Part shown: piece after piece, positions 8,131 through 15,344 of the stretch
Layout of the letters: the number at the start of each line of letters is the position of its first letter
Numbering within the stretch: position 1 is the first letter of the stretch
Origin: a virus
Taxonomy: Duplodnaviria > Caudoviricetes
Virus record (IMG/VR): IMGVR_UViG_3300005077_000093
Location: 1 to 26,445 of that record
Direction: 5' to 3' (one strand)
Length of the DNA: 26,445 bases
Program-made: the position numbers and the translations under genes
The notes under the pieces: model-generated
The model's input: only the letters and a program-made list of their open reading frames with translations
Database searches by the model: none
Told to the model about the DNA's origin: nothing

Positions 8131-9099
8131 ATGCCTGAAGCATTTAAGTTTCCTGATGAACAGGATGATTCCAAAGTCTCAGCAGAGCAAGAGGGCCAAG
8201 AGGCTCAGTCCGCTGAAGATGAACTTGAGATAGAGATTGTTGACGACACGCCTGAACGTGACCGAAACAGCAAGCCTCTGGACAAGGAAGTCGAGGACCC
8301 TTCTGAAGAGGAGATCGAGTCGTATTCCAACAATGTGCAAAAGCGCATCAAAGAGTTGACTCATGCTCGTCACGATGAGCGCCGTGCCAAAGAAGCCCTT
8401 GCCCGTGAAAAGGCAGAGCTTGAGCGCATCGCTCGCGTCATGATGGAAGAGAATAAAAAGCTGCGTTCATACGTTAACGAAGGCTCCGCACAGTACGCTG
8501 AATCAATTCAACAAGTGGCCATGTCTGAAGTTGAAGCGGCCAAGCGTAAGCTGAAGGAAGCTAGCGAAGCGTTTGACACTGATGCGATTGTTGAGGCGCA
8601 GGATCAGCTGATGGAAGCCAAGATGAAGTTGGCTCAAGCAAAAAATTTCCGCGCACCCCCTTTACAAGAGCAACAAGTTGAGGTACAAACGCAACAAGCA
8701 CCCGTACGACAGGAAGCGATCGACGATAAAACCCTGCGCTGGCAGGCCAAAAACCAGTGGTTCGGCGCTCCGGGGTACGAGGAAATGTCCAGCTTTGCAC
8801 TAGGGCTGCACCAGAAACTAGTCAACTCGGGAGTAAACCCCCGCTCTGATGAATATTTCGAGCGTATTGATGCTCGCATGAAGTCGACGTTCCCTGAGTT
8901 TTTCGGTGGGACAGAAGACAAGCCGAAGTCCGGCGAGGGAACCAAGAAACCTGCAACGGTTGTTGCCCCGGCGACGCGCTCATCGGGAGCACGAAAAGTC
9001 AAACTTACAACTACCCAAGTTGCTTGGGCAGAAAAGTTTGGTCTGACACCGCAGCAGTATGCTGCTGAAATTGCAAAATTGGAGAACTCGAATGGCTGA
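8131..9099 (+). CDS. Putative capsid scaffolding protein
   Basis: GGAGG RBS; acidic N-terminus, long coiled coil, C-terminal LT...AEKFGLTPQQYA helix; upstream of the capsid genes. Confidence 0.7.
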   Translation: MPEAFKFPDEQDDSKVSAEQEGQEAQSAEDELEIEIVDDTPERDRNSKPLDKEVEDPSEEEIESYSNNVQKRIKELTHARHDERRAKEALAREKAELERIARVMMEENKKLRSYVNEGSAQYAESIQQVAMSEVEAAKRKLKEASEAFDTDAIVEAQDQLMEAKMKLAQAKNFRAPPLQEQQVEVQTQQAPVRQEAIDDKTLRWQAKNQWFGAPGYEEMSSFALGLHQKLVNSGVNPRSDEYFERIDARMKSTFPEFFGGTEDKPKSGEGTKKPATVVAPATRSSGARKVKLTTTQVAWAEKFGLTPQQYAAEIAKLENSNG

Positions 9100-9541
9100 A
9101 AACCGTACACCCCGTGAACTTTCTTCACGCGAAAAATCTGCTCGTAGCGTCTACGTACCTCCGAGCACCCTGCCCGATCCGACCCCTGAGCCCGGATGGC
9201 GCTACCGCTGGATTGCTACGCATATCCTTGGTGAAGCCGATCCGACAAACGTATCTAAAAAGCTGCGTGAAGGCTGGGAGCCAGTGAAGGCGGAAGACCA
9301 TCCTGAGCTGATGCTTCAAGGCAATGCTTCTGGTAACGTGGAAATTGGCGGTCTGATGCTGTGTAAACAGCCTGAAGAGCGTGTAATCGCCCGTAACGAG
9401 TACTATGCCAAACAAGCGCAAGCCCAGATGGAATCTGTGGACAACCACTTCATGCGAAACAATGACCCTCGCATGCCTCTGTTCAAGGACAACAAGTCTT
9501 CGACCAGTCGCGGCGGCGGATTTGGTTCTGGTTCTAAATAA
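9092..9541 (+). CDS. Head-module hypothetical protein
   Basis: GGAG RBS before ATG 9092; YRWI, REGWEPV, IGGLMLCK motifs. Confidence 0.8.
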   Translation: MAENRTPRELSSREKSARSVYVPPSTLPDPTPEPGWRYRWIATHILGEADPTNVSKKLREGWEPVKAEDHPELMLQGNASGNVEIGGLMLCKQPEERVIARNEYYAKQAQAQMESVDNHFMRNNDPRMPLFKDNKSSTSRGGGFGSGSK

Positions 9542-9554
9542 TTTGGAGTTTTAA

Positions 9555-10163
9555 ATGGCATCTACTGCAGCACCCTACGGTCTGAAACCCGTAAACCGCG
9601 TTGATGGCATGCCCTATGCAGGCGCAACTCAGGCCCTCCTGATTGATCCCGCTGGTGAAGCCACCAACCTTTTCTATGGTCAAGTAGTCAAGATCGGTTC
9701 TGACGGTTACATCCAACTGTCTACCGCTACTGGCGAAGACATCACTACTAACAACCTCGGCGGCAACGGCGTAGGCGCTATCGGCGTTTTCGTTGGCTGC
9801 GAGTACGTTAACGCTCAAGGTCAAACAATTTGGACCCAATACTACCCCTCTGGCACTGCCAACGGTGGTCCTATCGTGGCTTACGTTGTGACTGACCCCA
9901 ACGTTGTGTTCCAAGCACAGTGTGCTGGCTCTATTGCTCAAGCCGACCTCGGTTTGAACACGTTCTTTAACGCTGTTCAGTCTACTAGCACTGGTTCTAC
10001 CCGTACTGGTAACTCAACTTCTGCATTGAGCGCAAGCCCTCAAGCCGCTGCCGCTGCTTTCCGCATTGTTGGTTTCGCATCTACCCCCGGCGATGCTTAC
10101 ACTGATGTGTTGGTTAAGTTCAACCCCGGTGCACATTCGTACACCAACAACGTTGGTATCTAA
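9555..10163 (+). CDS. Putative capsid decoration/cement protein
   Basis: GGAG RBS; beta-rich Gly/Ala/Thr 202-aa protein directly before the MCP; strongly biased codons. Confidence 0.6.
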   Translation: MASTAAPYGLKPVNRVDGMPYAGATQALLIDPAGEATNLFYGQVVKIGSDGYIQLSTATGEDITTNNLGGNGVGAIGVFVGCEYVNAQGQTIWTQYYPSGTANGGPIVAYVVTDPNVVFQAQCAGSIAQADLGLNTFFNAVQSTSTGSTRTGNSTSALSASPQAAAAAFRIVGFASTPGDAYTDVLVKFNPGAHSYTNNVGI

Positions 10164-10176
10164 GGAGTAACATACC

Positions 10177-11106
10177 ATGGCAATTTCTCGTGCCCAATTA
10201 CTTAAAGAACTCCTGCCCGGCTTGAACGCGCTGTTCGGTATGGAGTATGCTCGTTACGGTCAAGAGCACAAAGAGATCTACGAAACAGAGAAATCTGAGC
10301 GTAGCTTCGAAGAAGAAACCAAGCTGTCTGGCTTCGGTGCTGCACCTGTGAAGAACGAAGGCTCGGCTATCGCTTACGATAACGCGCAAGAAGCTTTCAC
10401 AGCTCGCTACACCCACGAAACCGTCGCTTTGGGCTTCTCGATCACCGAGGAAGCAGTGGAAGATAACTTGTATGACGCGTTGTCTGCTCGCTACACCAAG
10501 GCTTTGGCTCGCGCTATGGCTTACACCAAGGAAGTTAAAGCTGCTTCCGTACTGAACAACGCTTTCAGCGGCTCTTATCTGGGCGGCGACGGCGTGTCTC
10601 TGTGCGGCGTGAACAGCTCCAGCACTCGTGTTGGTCACCCCTTGGTTGATGGTGGCGTTAACTACAACAGCCCAGCTACCGCTGTGGATTTGAACGAAAC
10701 TTCTTTGGAAGCTGCAATCATCCAGATCGCTGCATGGACTGACGAACGTGGTTTGTTGATCGCTGCTAAGCCCAAGAAACTCGTGTTGCCTACCAGCTTG
10801 ATGTTCGTTGCTGAGCGCCTGTTGAAGACACAATTGCGTGTCGCAACTGCTGACAACGATATCAACGCGATCAAGAACATGGGCGCAATTCCCGGTGGCT
10901 ACACCGTGAACCACTTCTTGACCGACAGCGATGCTTGGTTCCTGATGACCGACGTTCCCAACGGCATGAAGCACTTTGTGCGTACCCCCATGTCTACCGG
11001 AATGGACGGGGACTTCGACACAGGCAACGTTCGCTATAAAGCTCGTGAGCGTTATAGCTTCGGCTGGTCAGATCCTCTGGGTATCTGGGGTTCTGCTGGC
11101 GCCTAA
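10177..11106 (+). CDS. Major capsid protein (HK97 fold, Mu gpT-like family)
   Basis: TAAGGAG RBS; 309 aa; MAISRAQLLKELLPGLNALFG...RERYSFGWSDPLGIWGS; followed by a strong terminator. Confidence 0.9.
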   Translation: MAISRAQLLKELLPGLNALFGMEYARYGQEHKEIYETEKSERSFEEETKLSGFGAAPVKNEGSAIAYDNAQEAFTARYTHETVALGFSITEEAVEDNLYDALSARYTKALARAMAYTKEVKAASVLNNAFSGSYLGGDGVSLCGVNSSSTRVGHPLVDGGVNYNSPATAVDLNETSLEAAIIQIAAWTDERGLLIAAKPKKLVLPTSLMFVAERLLKTQLRVATADNDINAIKNMGAIPGGYTVNHFLTDSDAWFLMTDVPNGMKHFVRTPMSTGMDGDFDTGNVRYKARERYSFGWSDPLGIWGSAGA

Positions 11107-11131
11107 TCCTTGTAAATCAAGGGTTTATAAG

Positions 11132-11154
11132 AGGAGGCTTCGGCCTCCTTTTTT
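11132..11154 (+). terminator. Intrinsic terminator after the MCP
   Basis: AGGAGGC-TTCG-GCCTCCT followed by a T run; UUCG tetraloop. Confidence 0.9.
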
Positions 11155-11155
11155 G

Positions 11156-11173
11156 TCGTCACGACTTTGTCAT
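11156..11173 (+). promoter_or_regulatory. Pho-box-like direct repeat
   Basis: TCGTCAC-GACT-TTGTCAT, 11-bp period, compared with the consensus CTGTCAT-A(A/T)A(T/A)-CTGT(C/A)A(C/T). Confidence 0.5.
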
Positions 11174-11226
11174 CGACTCCTAGTCAAATTGATTTTGCAG
11201 CGCGGTGCTGCTACTAGGAGTACATC

Positions 11227-11457
11227 ATGATGCGTTTTGAGATTGAGATCGAGAGCTACTTTGGCGACGGCAAACTGACCGTGGAGTCTGATGACTTCGA
11301 AGTATTCTCTGCGTTGCGCGACTTTGTGGAAATGCAGAACATGCACGGTTGGGACGTGAGCTACATGTTGGTTACGCTTGACGAAGAGGAAGCCGAAGAA
11401 ATTGAGGATGAGGAAGCGTTTGCTGACGAAAAGTCAGACGAACAAACCGATTCTTGA
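11227..11457 (+). CDS. Small highly acidic protein
   Basis: AGGAG RBS; 76 aa with about 26 Asp/Glu and 4 Lys/Arg. Confidence 0.8.
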   Translation: MMRFEIEIESYFGDGKLTVESDDFEVFSALRDFVEMQNMHGWDVSYMLVTLDEEEAEEIEDEEAFADEKSDEQTDS

Positions 11458-11462
11458 GTACG

Positions 11463-11485
11463 GGGGCCTAGAGCCCCTTTTTCTT
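11463..11485 (+). terminator. Probable intrinsic terminator between convergent genes
   Basis: GGGGC-CTAGA-GCCCC-TTTTTCTT, overlapping the HNH stop. Confidence 0.55.
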
Positions 11486-11839
11486 GTTAAGTTTACGAGC
11501 CAGCTCAATATCGTGGTGTAGTTTGCGGTGGCAGTTGGCACATAGCACGATACACTTTTTAACTTCTTCCCACGCACGGGCGAATTTTCCATCGCGTATT
11601 AACTCATTCACTGCAGCAGTTTTTGTTGTGGGGTCTATGTGATGGAAGTCGAAAGTTGCATGGTGTGTTTCACCACATACAGCGCAGCACTGCTGTTGTT
11701 TCCACTCTTGCCACTCTTTGCGTCCTTTCTTCTTGCTGGCCTTGGACGCAGCGATGATTTTTTCTTTATTCTTCTCGTAGTATTTACGACTGTGCTTTTT
11801 TTGCCGCTGTTTGCGCTTAACGGGGTCTTTTATTGGCAT
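11468..11839 (-). CDS. HNH endonuclease
   Basis: CAVCG...FDFHHIDP...KCIVLCANCHRKLH; basic N-terminal helix; start MPIKDP at 11839 overlaps the GNAT stop. Confidence 0.9.
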   Translation of the reverse strand: MPIKDPVKRKQRQKKHSRKYYEKNKEKIIAASKASKKKGRKEWQEWKQQQCCAVCGETHHATFDFHHIDPTTKTAAVNELIRDGKFARAWEEVKKCIVLCANCHRKLHHDIELARKLNKKKGL

Positions 11840-12264
11840 AGCTGCAGTTTCCAGTAGGTAGTACCTTCTGCAGCCCACGGCTTACTAGGCGTAAACACCC
11901 TAAAACCACAGCTAATCAAACTGTTTGCTGAGGCGGGATTCTCGTAGGTATTGGTGATGACCCACTTGTAGCCGAGCTTTCTGGCGTGGTTGACTCTTGC
12001 TCGTATCAATCTCTTTTGGAGACCTTTACCACGGTGAGTTTCCAACACCCCAGCCCTACAAAAATATACAGTATCTCCCCAACGTGCGGAGGGAACCATG
12101 CCCGCAAACCCTGCAACAGCGCCGGCTTTATCTCTTGCAAGGAACCACCAGCCGGATGTGGGGTAATAAACGGCGTCGCCGGGCAGGCAGAAAGCCTGTA
12201 AACCCACCAATGCCGCAGCAATAGTAGGGTCAGTCGGGTCAACACGACGCACGGAATAGGTCAT
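11830..12264 (-). CDS. GNAT-family N-acetyltransferase
   Basis: Acetyl-CoA motif A V..THRGKGLQKRLI, and motif B N.ASANSLISCGF. Confidence 0.9.
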   Translation of the reverse strand: MTYSVRRVDPTDPTIAAALVGLQAFCLPGDAVYYPTSGWWFLARDKAGAVAGFAGMVPSARWGDTVYFCRAGVLETHRGKGLQKRLIRARVNHARKLGYKWVITNTYENPASANSLISCGFRVFTPSKPWAAEGTTYWKLQLCQ

Positions 12265-12270
12265 GACTAC

Positions 12271-12304
12271 TTTGTAGTAAAAATTTATGACAATTTTATG
12301 GTTG
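12271..12304 (-). promoter_or_regulatory. Pho-box-like promoter for GNAT-HNH (possibly leaderless)
   Basis: Minus strand CAACCAT-AAAA-TTGTCAT, 10 nt, TACAAA (-10-like), 6 nt, ATG; no SD. Confidence 0.55.
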
Positions 12305-12330
12305 TATTTATTGCGCGCCCATGATATAAC
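12302..12330 (+). promoter_or_regulatory. Sigma70 promoter for the post-capsid operon
   Basis: TTGTAT-N17-TATAAC with an extended -10 TG (12322-12323). Confidence 0.75.
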
Positions 12331-12336
12331 TCACAC

Positions 12337-12412
12337 ATCTAGGAAAATCCGAGCGTCAGACTGGCCTAGCAGACGACATGCAGACGGACGCTCACCAACT
12401 CGCATGTGAGGA
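12337..12412 (+). ncRNA. Structured RNA leader, double pseudoknot with three CAGAC (probably the Mu-gpT-DE motif)
   Basis: CTAGG/CCTAG, GAGCGTC/GACGCTC and ACATGC/GCATGT pairings cross each other; CAGAC x3; located downstream of a gpT-like capsid gene. Family assignment is from context only. Confidence 0.65.
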
Positions 12413-12418
12413 ATCATC

Positions 12419-12877
12419 ATGGCTACTACCAGCTTCTCCGGCCCCATCAAGGCAGGCCCTATTGCAAACACCACCGGCTCTACTGTTGGCACTAACGTTG
12501 CCAACGTGGGCTATGTACTGATGGCTCAATCCGCTGTGATTGATATCATCGGCGCTTCTTCTTTGAACCAAGTTGTTGCAACCATTCCCGCCAACTCTCA
12601 AATTGTTGACGTGATATTGAACGTGACTACTGTTAACAACGACGGCACCGCTGCTACTGTTGCTGTTGGCACTTCTGGCGATGCAGACGCTTTCGTTCCC
12701 GCTACCAGCGTGAAGTCTTTGGGCACTACCCACGGCACTTTGGACACTGAAGCAACCGACGTTGGCTCTACAGACATTCAAGTGCTGGCTGACTTCACAG
12801 CAACTGACGGCGACGGCACCACTGGCGCAGCTACCGTGACAGTTCTGTACATTCAGAACAACAACCTGACCGCCTAA
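12419..12877 (+). CDS. Putative virion structural protein (beta-sandwich-like)
   Basis: GAGG RBS; MATTSFSGPIKAG start; Thr/Val/Gly-rich; biased codons. Confidence 0.75.
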   Translation: MATTSFSGPIKAGPIANTTGSTVGTNVANVGYVLMAQSAVIDIIGASSLNQVVATIPANSQIVDVILNVTTVNNDGTAATVAVGTSGDADAFVPATSVKSLGTTHGTLDTEATDVGSTDIQVLADFTATDGDGTTGAATVTVLYIQNNNLTA

Positions 12878-12891
12878 TCTAGGAGCCCATA

Positions 12892-13173
12892 ATGGGAATG
12901 CAAACCGACGTCAAAAGCGCGGTTGCGACCGCAGATGGCACGATGGTGTCTTATCGCACACGCCTAAAAGCCGTTGTGTTGACAAGTACCTCCACCGCCG
13001 GAAGTGTTGTGTTTAAAGATGGTGGGGCTTCTGGCACCACATTACTTACTTTGAATACTCCTGCCGCAGCTGATTTTCACAACATCTTGATCCCCGGTGA
13101 AGGCATCTTGTTTGAGTCCAGCGTTTATGTGGATGTGACAGATGTTTCTTCGGTAACGGTGTTTTATGGCTAA
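12892..13173 (+). CDS. Putative small virion protein
   Basis: AGGAG RBS; IPGEGILF...VTVFYG C-terminus. Confidence 0.75.
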   Translation: MGMQTDVKSAVATADGTMVSYRTRLKAVVLTSTSTAGSVVFKDGGASGTTLLTLNTPAAADFHNILIPGEGILFESSVYVDVTDVSSVTVFYG

Positions 13174-13435
13174 GTCCGCCGCTTGGACACGCAAAGAAGG
13201 CAAAGACCCCCAAGGGGGTCTAAATGCCAAAGGGCGTGCTTCTTACAACAAGGCCAATCCCGGCAAGCCCGGGCTGAAGCCCCCTGCCCCCAAACCAAAA
13301 ACAGAAAAAGACGCGGCTCGCCGTAAGTCGTTCTGTGCGCGTATGGAAGGCATGAAGTCCAAGCTGACTGGCGAGAAAGCCAAGAAAGACCCGAACAGTC
13401 GTATTAACAAAAGCCTGAAGGCATGGAATTGTTAA
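13166..13435 (+). CDS. Lys-rich hypothetical protein (DUF6321-like)
   Basis: AWTRKEGK.P.GGLNAKGRASY...RRKSFCARM...SRINKSL..WNC. Confidence 0.75.
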   Translation: MAKSAAWTRKEGKDPQGGLNAKGRASYNKANPGKPGLKPPAPKPKTEKDAARRKSFCARMEGMKSKLTGEKAKKDPNSRINKSLKAWNC

Positions 13436-13436
13436 C

Positions 13437-13685
13437 ATGGAAATGATGGTTTGGAACATCGTCCTGAGCGCTGTTGTGGCGGTTATGGGCTTTCTGCTAA
13501 AGGGTAAGTTCGACGAGTTGGATCGTTTGGGGATTCTCCTGAACCGCACTCGTGAAGAAGTTGCCCGAGATCACATCACCCGTACAGAGTTTCGTGCGGA
13601 CATGCAGCTTCTGCTTGACCGTTTTGATCGTATCGAACGCAAAATTGACGCCATGTCTATTGGCCGAGCTTGCGACAAGGAGTAA
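13437..13685 (+). CDS. N-terminal TM helix plus coiled-coil protein
   Basis: Hydrophobic residues ~4-21, then heptad-like LLNRTREEVA...RFDRIERKID. Confidence 0.75.
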   Translation: MEMMVWNIVLSAVVAVMGFLLKGKFDELDRLGILLNRTREEVARDHITRTEFRADMQLLLDRFDRIERKIDAMSIGRACDKE

Positions 13686-13934
13686 ATGATGGCAGCAGAT
13701 CCCAAACAGGTCGAAATGCACAAGAAGTACATGGCGATCATCAACGACCCCAATGCCCCTCAGAGCCGCAAAGACATGGCTCAAGACAAACTCAACGAAC
13801 TTGAATACCAAAGCTACGAAGCCTCTAAAGGCAAAAAGTGCGGCGGTTCGATCAAGGGTATGAAAGAAGGTGGTGTCGTTGCAGGCAAAGGTTACGGGCT
13901 TGCTCGTGGCGCTAAAAAATGCAAGGTGGTGTAA
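13686..13934 (+). CDS. Basic hypothetical protein with a C-terminal GG...GxGxARG motif
   Basis: AAGGAG RBS; ends GMKEGGVVAGKGYGLARGAKKCKVV. Confidence 0.75.
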   Translation: MMAADPKQVEMHKKYMAIINDPNAPQSRKDMAQDKLNELEYQSYEASKGKKCGGSIKGMKEGGVVAGKGYGLARGAKKCKVV

Positions 13935-13936
13935 TC

Positions 13937-14779
13937 ATGAAAAAACGCAAGTTTGCTAATGGTGGAGATCTCTCTGATAAAGAGCTTGGATTGAAGGCTT
14001 CTGGTGACGAGAAAGTCGGCTTTTTTGAGCGTTTGCGCATGGGTAACATTGATGATCCTAGCAGCGAAGCTTACAAAAAGTTTGGCGCGGGCCGTGGCCA
14101 AGCAGAACGTCAGAAGATGAAAGACGACGCTGATTTTGCCGCTGAAGAAGCCCGCGAAGCTACTATGCGTAAGGTCTCTGGCCAAGAGCCTAAGATGACA
14201 GGTTCTCCTGATATCCCCGTGACTCCTGCCGCGCCCAGCACTGCAGCTGTCGAGAAGAAACCCAGCTTCGGTGCCGCGTTTGCCGCTGCTCGCGAGGGTG
14301 GTGAGAAGACGTTCATGTGGAATGGCAAGAAGTACACCACAGAGATGAAGGGTGAGGCTAAACCGGCAGCGAAAGCTGCTCCTAAAGCTGAGGCTAGCAG
14401 TGCTGGAAACATTAAAGCATACTCAATGGCAGCGCACAAAGCCGCTCCTAAAGCTGCGCCTAGCAGTGCTGCAAATATTAAAGCGCACTCAATGGCCGCA
14501 CATAAAAACACTCCTAAAGCTAAGCCTAGCTCGATGAAGGGTGATGTTGAGAAATTCAACCCTGCCGCAGTCAAGCCAAGATCCATGGCGCCCACAAAAA
14601 ACAACACCGCAGAGATGGACAACAAGCTGACTTCAGACCGCTACAAAGGCCGTCGCGCTGGTTTTGACGCCAAGATGAAGAAGACGACTGCGGGCAAGAC
14701 TTCCGACTACAAAGCTGGTGGCTCCGTTCGTGGCGCAGGCATCGCTCAGCGCGGTGTCAAGAAATGCCGGATGATGTAA
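13937..14779 (+). CDS. Lys/Ala-rich protein with tandem repeats and GG motifs
   Basis: Start MKKRKFANGG; SFGAAFAAAR...TFMWNGKKYTT module; ends YKAGGSVRGAGIAQRGVKKCRMM. Confidence 0.8.
   Translation: MKKRKFANGGDLSDKELGLKASGDEKVGFFERLRMGNIDDPSSEAYKKFGAGRGQAERQKMKDDADFAAEEAREATMRKVSGQEPKMTGSPDIPVTPAAPSTAAVEKKPSFGAAFAAAREGGEKTFMWNGKKYTTEMKGEAKPAAKAAPKAEASSAGNIKAYSMAAHKAAPKAAPSSAANIKAHSMAAHKNTPKAKPSSMKGDVEKFNPAAVKPRSMAPTKNNTAEMDNKLTSDRYKGRRAGFDAKMKKTTAGKTSDYKAGGSVRGAGIAQRGVKKCRMM
14372..14530 (+). repeat. 66-bp (22-aa) in-frame tandem repeat, ~2.4 copies
   Basis: KAAPKAEASSAGNIKAYSMAAH / KAAPKAAPSSAANIKAHSMAAH / KNTPKAKPS starting at 14372, 14438, 14504. Confidence 0.9.
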
Positions 14780-14781
14780 TC

Positions 14782-14955
14782 ATGGCTGAGAAATGGATTC
14801 AACAGGCAATCAAGAAACCGGGCGCTCTGCGCGCCTCCTTGGGTGTCAAAAAAGGCGAGACCATTCCAACCAAGAAACTAGCCAAAGCGGCGAAGGCTCC
14901 GGGTAAAATGGGCCAACGCGCGCGTCTCGCCCAGACTCTGAAGAAGATGAAATGA
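14782..14955 (+). CDS. Small basic protein (57 aa)
   Basis: MAEKWIQQAIKKPGALR...RARLAQTLKKMK; overlaps the next start. Confidence 0.8.
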   Translation: MAEKWIQQAIKKPGALRASLGVKKGETIPTKKLAKAAKAPGKMGQRARLAQTLKKMK

Positions 14956-15344
14956 CCGCTGTTGCCAAGAAAACCAACCCCGCTAAGTGGGAGCAAGCCA
15001 AGGCCACGGCCAAGGCTCGTATGGGCGGTAAACACTCCGCTCGTGCAATGCAGCTCGCCACTAAACTCTACAAAGAGGACGGGGGTGGTTACGAAGGCAA
15101 GAAGTCAAGCTCCAACAAGTTGGCCAAGTGGACCAAGGAGGATTGGGGCACGAAGTCAGGCAAGAACTCCACGGTAGGCTCTGAAGCCACAGGCGAACGC
15201 TATTTGCCCAAGAAAGCCCGGGAGTCCCTGAGTTCAAAAGAGTACGCTGCTACAACTAGAGCCAAGCGCGAAGGCACAGCAAAAGGCAAACAGTTCGTGC
15301 CACAACCAGATAAAATCGCTAAAAAGACAGCGAGGTTTAGATAA
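14952..15344 (+). CDS. Basic hypothetical protein (DUF5872-like)
   Basis: SARAMQLA...YK..GGGY, W.KEDWGTKSGK, TGERYLPKKA motifs. Confidence 0.75.
   Translation: MTAVAKKTNPAKWEQAKATAKARMGGKHSARAMQLATKLYKEDGGGYEGKKSSSNKLAKWTKEDWGTKSGKNSTVGSEATGERYLPKKARESLSSKEYAATTRAKREGTAKGKQFVPQPDKIAKKTARFR

Noticed and set aside
3484-11106. Introns, inteins, programmed frameshifts or stop-codon recoding in core genes
   Set aside because: terL, portal and MCP are uninterrupted and of normal length in the standard code.
11108-11122. CCTTG-TAAAT-CAAGG palindrome right after the MCP stop
   Set aside because: Only 5-bp arms and a single copy, with no partner at the other end of the insert.
13437-13685. Holin call for the TM protein
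   Set aside because: It has a single TM helix and no adjacent endolysin in the window, so the function cannot be assigned.
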